From positions 150,001-182,000 of the forward strand of contig NC_010296.1 of the NCBI RefSeq assembly GCF_000010625.1: a DNA stretch of 32,000 bases, read 5' to 3'. The DNA comes from Microcystis aeruginosa NIES-843. Lineage in GTDB: Bacteria > Cyanobacteriota > Cyanobacteriia > Cyanobacteriales > Microcystaceae. A program made the translations under genes and the position numbers. This document shows positions 1 through 7,541 of this stretch, one piece after another. The notes below the pieces were generated by a model that did no database searches, was not told where the DNA came from, and saw nothing but the letters and a program-made list of their open reading frames with translations. Within the stretch, counting starts at the first letter, position 1. The number at the start of each line of letters is the position of its first letter.

Positions 1-746
1 TAGAAATTAAACCCGATCAGCATGAAGCTTGGTACAATCGAGGGATTGCGTTAGGTAATTTAGGCAGATTTGCAGAAGCGATCGCCTCTTACGACAAAGC
101 TTTAGAAATTAAACCCGATGACCATCAAGCTTGGTACGGCCGAGGGTTTGCGTTAGATGATTTAGGCAGATTTGCAGAAGCGATCGCCTCTTACGACAAA
201 GCTTTAGAAATTAAACCCGATTACCATCAAGCTTGGTACAACCGAGGGTTTGCGTTAGGTAATTTAGGCAGATTTGAACAAGCGATCGCATCTTACGATC
301 GAGCTTTAGAATTTAAACCCGATTTGCATGAAGCTTGGGTTAATCGAGGGGTTGCGTTAGGTAATTTAGGCAGATTAGAAGAAGCGCTCGCATCTTACGA
401 CAAAGCTTTAGAATTTAAACCCGATTTGCATGAAGCTTGGAACAACCGAGGGATTGCCTTAGATAATTTACGCAGATTTGAACAAGCGCTCGCATCTTAC
501 GACAAAGCTTTAGAAATTAAACCCGATTTGCATGAAGCTTGGAACAACCGAGGGATTGCGTTAGCTAATTTACGCAGATTTGAACAAGCGCTCGCATCCT
601 ACGATCGAGCTTTAGAAATTAAACCCGATTTCCATCAAGCTTGGACTAACCGAGGGAATGCGTTAAGGAATTTAGGCAGATGGGCAGAAGCGATCGCCTC
701 TTACTACCAAGCGGTAGCCATTAAATCCGATGACCATCAAGCTTAG
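1..746 (+). CDS. TPR-repeat protein, 5'-partial. The frame is open from the window edge; the ORF track starts it only at an internal TTG at 324.
   Basis: Frame 3 has no stop from nt 3 to TAG 744-746. It contains seven tandem 34-aa TPR units (..AWYNRGxALxxLGRFxEAIASYDKALEIKPD..) with a strict 102-nt DNA period ('aaacccgat' at 9, 111, 213, 315, 417, 519, 621). Confidence 0.85.
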   Translation, partial: EIKPDQHEAWYNRGIALGNLGRFAEAIASYDKALEIKPDDHQAWYGRGFALDDLGRFAEAIASYDKALEIKPDYHQAWYNRGFALGNLGRFEQAIASYDRALEFKPDLHEAWVNRGVALGNLGRLEEALASYDKALEFKPDLHEAWNNRGIALDNLRRFEQALASYDKALEIKPDLHEAWNNRGIALANLRRFEQALASYDRALEIKPDFHQAWTNRGNALRNLGRWAEAIASYYQAVAIKSDDHQA

Positions 747-860
747 TCTGACCGAGGGTGGGCGATTTGTTCTCTGGGTAAAATAGGGCTAGATCAACTA
801 ACAGAATACAGCGATCCTTACCATTGGGCAGCCTATACCCTGACTGGACAGGACTAACTT

Positions 861-986
861 ATGGAAATTCCCAAAACAATTATCGATCTTGAAGCGCTGC
901 TAATTGCCCTCGCACAGCAGACTGAACCCTTGCCAGAATATCTACAGCGATCACTCAAAGAAATTGGACGATTACTAAGGTGTTAG
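861..986 (+). CDS. hypothetical 41-aa ORF (MEIPKTIIDLEALLIALAQQTEPLPEYLQRSLKEIGRLLRC)
   Basis: ATG lies 3 nt after the TAA at 855-857. No recognisable family and no clear SD, so the call rests on ORF geometry only. Confidence 0.15.
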   Translation: MEIPKTIIDLEALLIALAQQTEPLPEYLQRSLKEIGRLLRC

Positions 987-1056
987 GTTTCATGCTTCAA
1001 CTCAACCTAAGTTCTATAAAAATTATCGGTAAACCCAAAAAAAAGGAAGCTAAATC

Positions 1057-1335
1057 ATGAAAATTACTATCGATATTCCCGATGAATTGCTTCAACATTA
1101 CAACTACAATAATCTTACCCGTGAAATTTTAGAGGCTTTGGTGGTGCAGGCCTACCGAGCGGAAAAAATCACCAGTGCCGAGGTCGGAAGTATTTTAGGT
1201 CTATCTTCTCGTTGGGTGGTGGATGCTTTTTTGAAAAACCACGATGCCGATTTACATTACAATGAAGTCGATCTAGAGAGCGATCGCAAGACTCTTCAGC
1301 AACTTCGCAACAAACACGATCATAGTCTTTTATGA
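1057..1335 (+). CDS. UPF0175-family antitoxin-like protein
   Basis: 92 aa. The 'EALVVQAYRAEKITSAEVGSILGLSSRWVVDAFLKNHDADLHYNEVDLESD' core matches my recollection of UPF0175 antitoxins (helix-turn-helix followed by an 'HY..EDLE.D' tail). An AAGGAAG SD lies upstream of the ATG. Confidence 0.7.
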   Translation: MKITIDIPDELLQHYNYNNLTREILEALVVQAYRAEKITSAEVGSILGLSSRWVVDAFLKNHDADLHYNEVDLESDRKTLQQLRNKHDHSLL

Positions 1336-1412
1336 TAGTCGTTTCAATTAAATTGAAGATAGATTTCGCCTTTGATACCCCCTTAATAAGGAGGGTGCTG
1401 ATCCCCCCTTGA
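1332..1412 (+). pseudogene. possible 5' remnant of the cognate PIN/DUF3368-type toxin, running into a MITE
   Basis: The ATG overlaps the antitoxin stop (ATGA). The product begins MIVVS, as I recall DUF3368 toxins do. From about codon 14 the sequence is MITE, and a stop follows at 1410-1412. Confidence 0.25.
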
Positions 1413-1520
1413 TCCCCCCTTAATAAGGGGGGCGCTGATCCCTCCTTGATCCTAGGGTTGATTCATAGTAGGGTTGATTCATGAATCAACCCTACTACCC
1501 TTAATAAGGGGGGTGCTGAT
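1372..1520. mobile_element. MITE-like element, copy 1 (G/C-run hairpin subunits plus a central 28-nt perfect palindrome)
   Basis: Subunits of the form 'ccccttaataagggggg(t/c)gctgatcccccc' are repeated. The perfect palindrome gtagggttgattca|tgaatcaaccctac lies at 1468-1495. A second family member lies at 26955-27075. Confidence 0.6.
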
Positions 1521-1546
1521 GGTTTTTAACACCTACCTACTTAAAA

Positions 1547-2323
1547 CTACATTCCCATAATTTCGTAACCGGAATCTACATAAATAATCTGTCCGGTAAT
1601 ACCACTAGCAAGATCACTGGCTAAAAAAGCGGCCGTATTTCCCACCTCAATTTGTGTCACGGTGCGATGTAAAGGAGCGATTTCTTCCACATGATGGATC
1701 ATATCAAGAATTCCCCCGACGGCCGAAGATGCTAAGGTGCGAATTGGACCGGCAGAAATACCATTAACTCGGATCTTTTGGCCACCTAATTCCGCGGCTA
1801 AATAGCGAACACTCATTTCTAAACCAGCTTTTGCCACCCCCATTAAATTATAGTTAGGAATTACCTTGACACCGCCGAGATAGGTAAGAGTAATAATACT
1901 TCCCCCTGCCGTCATCAAGGGTTTAGCCGATCGAGCTAGACGGGTTAGGGAAAAAGTGCTAATATCTAGGGATTTAGTGAAAGCTTCCCGAGGGATGGCG
2001 GTAAAATCGCCCGTTAAACCCTCTTTATCGGCAAAAGCGAGACAGTGAATCAAAATATCCAGTTTGCCCCATTTTTCCGCCACTGTAGCGAAAGTATCTT
2101 CTACCTGTTGGTCATTTTGGACATCGCAGGGGACATAAAAAGCGGGATTAAGTTCATCGGCCAATTCTCGCACTTTTTTCTCAAAACGGCCCTTTTCGTC
2201 GGGGAGATAGGTGACACCGATATTCGCACCAGCTTGATGGAGTTGTTGGGCAATTCCCCAAGCGATCGAGCGATTATTGGCAATCCCCGTCACTAAGGCG
2301 TTTTTTCCCGTTAAATCTAACAT
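1547..2323 (-). CDS. fabI: enoyl-[acyl-carrier-protein] reductase (NADH) FabI
   Basis: SDR fold with the N-terminus 'LVTGIANNRSIAWGIA' and the Tyr-x6-Lys site 'YNLMGVAK'. The start is moved to ATG 2323 (MLDLTGKNALV..., 258 aa); the 38-codon upstream extension in the ORF track looks non-coding. Confidence 0.94.
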   Translation of the reverse strand: MLDLTGKNALVTGIANNRSIAWGIAQQLHQAGANIGVTYLPDEKGRFEKKVRELADELNPAFYVPCDVQNDQQVEDTFATVAEKWGKLDILIHCLAFADKEGLTGDFTAIPREAFTKSLDISTFSLTRLARSAKPLMTAGGSIITLTYLGGVKVIPNYNLMGVAKAGLEMSVRYLAAELGGQKIRVNGISAGPIRTLASSAVGGILDMIHHVEEIAPLHRTVTQIEVGNTAAFLASDLASGITGQIIYVDSGYEIMGM

Positions 2324-2537
2324 AGTTCTCGTTTCTCTTACAAAAATCTCCCCAATAGCCGACCCCAGCGAGATTCGGTATAATAGGGATACAGATAACG
2401 GGGCAGCAATGATCACCCCTCCCCCATTGTCTGGCAAAAAGCGCCCAAAACTTTTCCCAGTTTAGGCAGCGGTTATGTTTAATAGAGGTGACACTCGTTG
2501 CATAATAAAAACAATTTTCCCCTTTTTTGGATGTGAG

Positions 2538-3215
2538 ATGGACTTATCCCTAATACAAGACAAACCCCTAGCAGATGTGTTCCGTCGAATCGGCAGCGGC
2601 AATTTCCCCCCGGTGGTGGAATTGTTCGAGCGTGGCAAAACGATCTTTTTCCCGGGAGACCCCGCCGAAAGAGTCTATTTTTTGCTTAAAGGAGCCGTTA
2701 AGTTGTCGCGAGTCTATGAAGCGGGAGAGGAAATTACCGTGGCTCTACTGCGGGAAAATAGCGTCTTTGGTGTGCTATCCTTACTGACCGGCCAGCGATC
2801 GGATCGTTTTTATCATGCCGTGGCTTTTACTCCGGTAGAATTACTCTCGGCCCCGATCGATCAGGTAGAAAGGTCCCTCCGCAATAATCCCGATTTATCA
2901 ATGTTGATGTTGCAGGGGTTGTCCTCGCGCATTCTGCAAACGGAAATGATGATCGAAACCTTGGCTCACCGGGATATGGGTTCACGTTTGGTCAGTTTTT
3001 TATTAATTCTCTGTCGTGATTTTGGGGTTCCCACCACCGATGGCATCCGGGTGGATCTAAAATTGTCTCACCAAGCGATCGCAGAAGCGATCGGTTCTAC
3101 CCGCGTCACTGTCACCCGTTTATTGGGAGAGCTGCGGGATCAAGAAATGGTCTCAATTTACAAGAAGAAAATTACCGTCCATAATCCCGTCGCTCTCAGT
3201 CAACAATTTACTTAA
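2538..3215 (+). CDS. ntcA: global nitrogen regulator NtcA (CRP/FNR family)
   Basis: Near full-length match to remembered NtcA sequences (..[49 protein letters not shown].. and the C-terminal [21 protein letters not shown]). The start is set at ATG 2538 ([15 protein letters not shown]), giving 225 aa. Confidence 0.96.
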   Translation: MDLSLIQDKPLADVFRRIGSGNFPPVVELFERGKTIFFPGDPAERVYFLLKGAVKLSRVYEAGEEITVALLRENSVFGVLSLLTGQRSDRFYHAVAFTPVELLSAPIDQVERSLRNNPDLSMLMLQGLSSRILQTEMMIETLAHRDMGSRLVSFLLILCRDFGVPTTDGIRVDLKLSHQAIAEAIGSTRVTVTRLLGELRDQEMVSIYKKKITVHNPVALSQQFT

Positions 3216-3222
3216 ATTCTGG

Positions 3223-4710
3223 ATGACTAGCGCTTATATTTTGGTTTTGGCCATCGTGGTTTTAGGTGGTCTGATAGCGGCGGTTGGCGATCGCATAGGG
3301 AGCCGTATCGGTAAGAAAAGGATGCGTTTATTTAATCTGCGTCCGAAACAAACCGCAACTTTGATGACGATTGTAACGGGAATTTTGATCGCCGGTTCCA
3401 CTTTAATTGTCTTGTTTGCTTCTAGTAAATCCCTGCGTCAAGGGGTTTTTGAACTGGATCGTCTTTTAAATGAACGTCGTGCCGCTATTAAGGATTTGGA
3501 AAGTCAGGTGAGAAAAACCACCGAACAAAAAAATCAGGTGGAAAAGGCTTTAAAAACGGCTAAAAGTGAACAGATAGCTGTGCAGAAACGTCTAGAGGTT
3601 CTTAACAAAAATTATCAAGCTTCTCGTCAACGTTTGCGATTAGTTTCGGGACAGTTGGAAAAGTTTCGTAAGGAAGTTGCTAATTTAAACAATGAACGAG
3701 TCATTTTAACTAATCAAAAGGCACAGTTAATCAGTCAACGGGATCAATTGTCCCAACAAAAATCAATTCTTTCTAGTCAGATCAATCAACTACAAACCAC
3801 CGTTCAAGTTAGAGATAAAGAGTTGGCTAATCAACAAAAATTATTAACAACCAGACAAGCGCGACTTCAACAGTTGGAAACCCAACAAAAAACCCTACAG
3901 CTAGAAATTGATCGCCGGGATCAACGCATTGGAGAACTTGATCGATCGATCGTCGATAAAAATTTAGCTTTGGAACAGCGTGAGGGAAAATTAAAAGATT
4001 TAGAAACCCAAATGGCTTTTCTTAAGCGGGAAGTGGAAGTTTTAGAACAATACTATCAAACCTATCAAGAATTGCGGGAAAAACAGATCGCTATTTTCCG
4101 GGGACAGGTGTTATCTTTTGGAGCTTTTCGTATTGTTGATACTCAAGCTATTGTCGCTGTTATTGATAAGTTATTGCGAGAAGCGAATATGAATGCTATC
4201 CGTGCCACCCAACCGAATCAGCCTAATTTTGACCAGCGTTTAGTTAAGATCACAAAAGCACAGGTAGAACAGTTAAGTCAACAATTACAGGACGGTAAAG
4301 AATATGTGGTGAGAATCCTTTCAGCAGGTAATTATGTCTTAGGAGAAAGCGAGATTCGTGTCTTTGCTGATGTGGTTCCCAATCAAAGAGTTTTTGAGGA
4401 GAAACAGGTAATCGCTGCCGTTTCCATTGATCCCCAAAATATGACAGAAGAAGACCTACAAAAGCGCTTAGATTTACTCTTAGCTTCGGCTCAATTTCGC
4501 GCTAGAAGTGCGGGAGTTTTAGGGTCAATTCAGGTGGAAGATGGTTTATTAACTACGGTAGTTAACTTTATTGGTCAAGTCAAAAAGTCGGGTAATTCTA
4601 TCGAGACACTTGAGGCAATTGCCGCTAGTAAAACTAATACGGCTGGCCCCTTAACTTTGCGTTTAGTGGCGGTAAAAGATGGTAAAATTGTTTTTAGTAC
4701 GTCCTCTTAA
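3223..4710 (+). CDS. DUF3084-family membrane-anchored coiled-coil protein
   Basis: The N-terminal TM segment 'ILVLAIVVLGGLIAAVGDRIGSRIGKKRMRLFNLRPKQTA' matches DUF3084 as I recall it. It is followed by ~250 aa of Q/L/K/E-rich heptad-like coiled coil. The ATG lies 7 nt after the ntcA stop. Confidence 0.8.
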   Translation: MTSAYILVLAIVVLGGLIAAVGDRIGSRIGKKRMRLFNLRPKQTATLMTIVTGILIAGSTLIVLFASSKSLRQGVFELDRLLNERRAAIKDLESQVRKTTEQKNQVEKALKTAKSEQIAVQKRLEVLNKNYQASRQRLRLVSGQLEKFRKEVANLNNERVILTNQKAQLISQRDQLSQQKSILSSQINQLQTTVQVRDKELANQQKLLTTRQARLQQLETQQKTLQLEIDRRDQRIGELDRSIVDKNLALEQREGKLKDLETQMAFLKREVEVLEQYYQTYQELREKQIAIFRGQVLSFGAFRIVDTQAIVAVIDKLLREANMNAIRATQPNQPNFDQRLVKITKAQVEQLSQQLQDGKEYVVRILSAGNYVLGESEIRVFADVVPNQRVFEEKQVIAAVSIDPQNMTEEDLQKRLDLLLASAQFRARSAGVLGSIQVEDGLLTTVVNFIGQVKKSGNSIETLEAIAASKTNTAGPLTLRLVAVKDGKIVFSTSS

Positions 4711-4723
4711 AAGATAGCTAAAG

Positions 4724-5320
4724 TTAGGAGTTGAGATTAAAATCAATTCCTTCGTAAATATCGGCAAGATTTAAGCTAATTCCTAAAGAATCTAGGGATA
4801 TAATTCCCCTGGCTGGGGTGTATTCTTGCAGTAACCAATTATTGTCTGATGTTTTGCTATAGGATTCTATTAGTATCTCCCCTTGACTGACGAGAAGATA
4901 TTGGTTTAATTGGGGTATAGAACGATAATAACGAAATTTATCACCCCGATCATAACCAGAGGTGGAAGGAGATAAAACTTCGATAATTAGGCAGGGATTT
5001 AAAATTTCATCGTTGCGATTATCACTAAATAATGGTTCCCCGGCAATAATCATTAAATCTGGGTATAAACCGCGATTATATTGGGGTATCCATAGTCGCA
5101 AATCACTGGGAAAGACTTCATAAATAGTTTTCCTTAAAGCATTGTCTAACAAGCGAATTAAATTGCGTACCAGTCGATTATGATTGATGCTTCCCCCTGT
5201 CATCTCGATAATTTCTCCGTCGTGATATTCGTGTTTAACCTCGGCTATGGTTTCTAAATTACGATATTCTTCTAAGCTGCGGGTTTTGGTAGGAGATCGA
5301 GTTAGCATTTTCTCTGTCAC
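4724..5320 (-). CDS. Uma2-family (DUF820) putative endonuclease, copy A
   Basis: Family hallmarks are present: 'EYHDGEIIEM', 'GGSINHN', 'DLRLW', 'YPDLMII' and 'IIEVLSPST...D...K..Y' (PD-(D/E)XK-like). Confidence 0.85.
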   Translation of the reverse strand: MTEKMLTRSPTKTRSLEEYRNLETIAEVKHEYHDGEIIEMTGGSINHNRLVRNLIRLLDNALRKTIYEVFPSDLRLWIPQYNRGLYPDLMIIAGEPLFSDNRNDEILNPCLIIEVLSPSTSGYDRGDKFRYYRSIPQLNQYLLVSQGEILIESYSKTSDNNWLLQEYTPARGIISLDSLGISLNLADIYEGIDFNLNS

Positions 5321-5388
5321 AGAATTTTTAATCCTCCTGATTATAACCTAGATCACAGAAAAAAAGGTTATCATTCATAAATTATTCC

Positions 5389-5964
5389 TCAATTAAAATC
5401 AATTCCTTCGTAAATATCGGCAAGATTTAAGCTAATTCCTAAAGAATCTAGGGATATAATTCCCCTGGCTGGGGTGTATTCTTGCAGTAACCAATTATTC
5501 TCTGAGGTTTTGCTATAGGATTCTATTAGTATCTCCCCTTGACTGACGAGAAGATATTGGTTTAATTGGGGTATAGAACGATAATAACGAAATTTATCAC
5601 CCCGATCATAACCAGAGGTGGAAGGAGATAAAACTTCGATAATTAGGCAGGGATTTAAAATTTCATCGTTGCGATTATCACTAAATAATGGTTCCCCGGC
5701 AATAATCATTAAATCTGGGTATAAACCGCGATTATACTGGGGTATCCATAGACGTAGATCGCTAGATTGAAGACGATAATTAGTTCCTCTTAAAGCTAAT
5801 TTTAGCAGGACAATAAGATTAATTAGAATACTATTATGATTGATGCTTCCCCCTGTCATCTCGATAATTTCCCCGTCGTGATATTCGTGTTTAACCTCGG
5901 CTATGGTTTCTAAATTACGATATTCTTCTAAGCTGATAGTTTTGGGGGGAGATGAAGTCAACAT
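5389..5964 (-). CDS. Uma2-family (DUF820) putative endonuclease, copy B (tandem paralogue)
   Basis: Same motifs as copy A. The DNA is near-identical to copy A at a 656-bp offset, apart from an 81-nt patch and the extreme termini. Confidence 0.85.
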   Translation of the reverse strand: MLTSSPPKTISLEEYRNLETIAEVKHEYHDGEIIEMTGGSINHNSILINLIVLLKLALRGTNYRLQSSDLRLWIPQYNRGLYPDLMIIAGEPLFSDNRNDEILNPCLIIEVLSPSTSGYDRGDKFRYYRSIPQLNQYLLVSQGEILIESYSKTSENNWLLQEYTPARGIISLDSLGISLNLADIYEGIDFN

Positions 5965-6010
5965 TTTTCCAGATTAGAGATTCTTTTATTTAATCATAAC
6001 ACAATTAATT

Positions 6011-7255
6011 TTACCCATTTAATTCTAATTCCCCTTGGAGAAAATCAATAAATTGTCTAGCAGTTCTTCCCGATCGCCCATTATGTTGGGTTGCCCATTG
6101 TTTGGCACGAAATTCTAAGTCTTCTAAGCTAATTTTTAATTTAGATAAAGCTGCCAAATGACGCACTATTTCCAAATATTTTTCTTGATTAGCTGGTTCA
6201 AAAGTGAGGGTTAAACCAAAGCGATCACTAAAGGATAATTTTTCTTGTACTGTGTCCCAATTATGCACTTCATCACTATCTTTTGGTTGTGGTCGATCCG
6301 CAAAAAATTCTCTGACTAAATGTCGGCGATTAGAAGTGGCATAAACTACGACATTTTTCGGTCTAGCGGTGACGCTTCCCTCTAAAATAACCTTTAAAGC
6401 TTTAAAAGCTTCATCGTCTTCTTCAAAGGATAAATCATCGACAAAGATAATAAATTTTTGGGGCAAATCTCGCAAGATTTCAATAATTAATGGTAGGTCT
6501 TTTAACTGCGATTTTGCCACTTCAATTAAGCGCAATCCCTGACTATGATATTTTTGCAATAATCCCTTAACCAGAGAGGATTTTCCCGAACCACGGCTGC
6601 CATAGAGTAAGACATTTAAAGCTGGATAACCTGCTAATAAAAACTCAGTGTTTTTAATCAAGGTTTCCTTGGGCATTTCATAACCGACTATGTCTTGAAT
6701 CTGCACGGGATCGGGATGAGTAATTCCTTGTAATCTGCCTTCTTGCCACCTTAAAGCTTGATAACGGGCAAAAATTCCTGTACCACACTCACGATAATAA
6801 TCGGCTAGATCTTCGACTAATTCCGTCCAATCTAAACTAGAATGTAGGAAACTTTCTAATTTATTGTCCACTTCCCAAGCGGGGAAAATTAGAAATTTAA
6901 TTTGTTCAAAAACTGTCGAATTACTTAAGCTATAAATGCTAGAGTTATAAAGAGATTGGAGGATAGATAAATCCTGTTTAACGCCATCAATTAAAGATTC
7001 GGGTAACTCCGAAACACTTTTTTTCTGTACCTGTTGACTAAAGGGATTATCATCTAATAAAATTTGTTCGATTAGAAAATCATTCCAACTGATATTTTTA
7101 GATGCTAAAGCTTGAAACAATTTACCATAAGCTTTGAGAAAATCGGCAACATTATCCGTAGATAATAGGGTAATAAATGCCTGACCAATAGCATTATCAA
7201 AAACCCCTTGATACAAAACTAACAAGCTGACTTTTTTGTAAATTTCAGAGTTCAT
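6011..7255 (-). CDS. DUF815-family P-loop (AAA-like) ATPase
   Basis: Walker A 'YGSRGSGKSSLVKGLL', Walker B 'IIFVDDLSFEE' and 'VVVYATSNRRHLV' closely fit my recollection of DUF815. The ORF is open to TTG 7303. I prefer ATG 7255, which has GGAG 8 nt upstream; ATG 7282 is an alternative. Confidence 0.8.
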   Translation of the reverse strand: MNSEIYKKVSLLVLYQGVFDNAIGQAFITLLSTDNVADFLKAYGKLFQALASKNISWNDFLIEQILLDDNPFSQQVQKKSVSELPESLIDGVKQDLSILQSLYNSSIYSLSNSTVFEQIKFLIFPAWEVDNKLESFLHSSLDWTELVEDLADYYRECGTGIFARYQALRWQEGRLQGITHPDPVQIQDIVGYEMPKETLIKNTEFLLAGYPALNVLLYGSRGSGKSSLVKGLLQKYHSQGLRLIEVAKSQLKDLPLIIEILRDLPQKFIIFVDDLSFEEDDEAFKALKVILEGSVTARPKNVVVYATSNRRHLVREFFADRPQPKDSDEVHNWDTVQEKLSFSDRFGLTLTFEPANQEKYLEIVRHLAALSKLKISLEDLEFRAKQWATQHNGRSGRTARQFIDFLQGELELNG

Positions 7256-7541
7256 TTTTAATTCTCCACTAATAACTAACATTTCATGGCCGCCTTTTTG
7301 CAATTCCTAATCAGATGTAATAATTGCCGCCTTGTAGCCGAGGGAATGCCAATTAGTTATGATTCTATCAAGATAGGGCGATCTCTGCAACATTAAGGTT
7401 AAAAAGGGAGAAATGCCTACCGACTAATTCTTAGGATTTCTTGAATTGATTCTCGATAAAATTGATAACTTATAGCAGTTATCTTCATGGTGAGGTGCAA
7501 AGTTTTCGTTTTGGGGAGACGGTCGATGATACCCTGTCAGG

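Noticed and set aside
2324-2437. N-terminal extensions in the ORF track for fabI (38 codons), ntcA (2475-2537) and the NIL-ferredoxin (16466-16522)
   Set aside because: The extensions have no family-like sequence. Internal ATGs reproduce the canonical N-termini (MLDLTGK.., [11 protein letters not shown].., MKKRVTLTF..). The ferredoxin extension would also overlap the divergent thioredoxin-like gene.
2472-2506. Possible NtcA box (GTT-N8-TAG) plus a CATAAT -10 upstream of ntcA, which would imply autoregulation
   Set aside because: It matches only part of the GTA-N8-TAC consensus. The spacing to the -10-like hexamer is ~15 nt rather than ~22 nt, so it is not supportable from sequence alone.
7464-7483. 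Hairpin gataact-tatagc-agttatc downstream of the kinase gene, considered as a terminator
   Set aside because: The stem is only 7 bp and AT-rich, and the trailing U-tract is weak. That is insufficient to call an intrinsic terminator.
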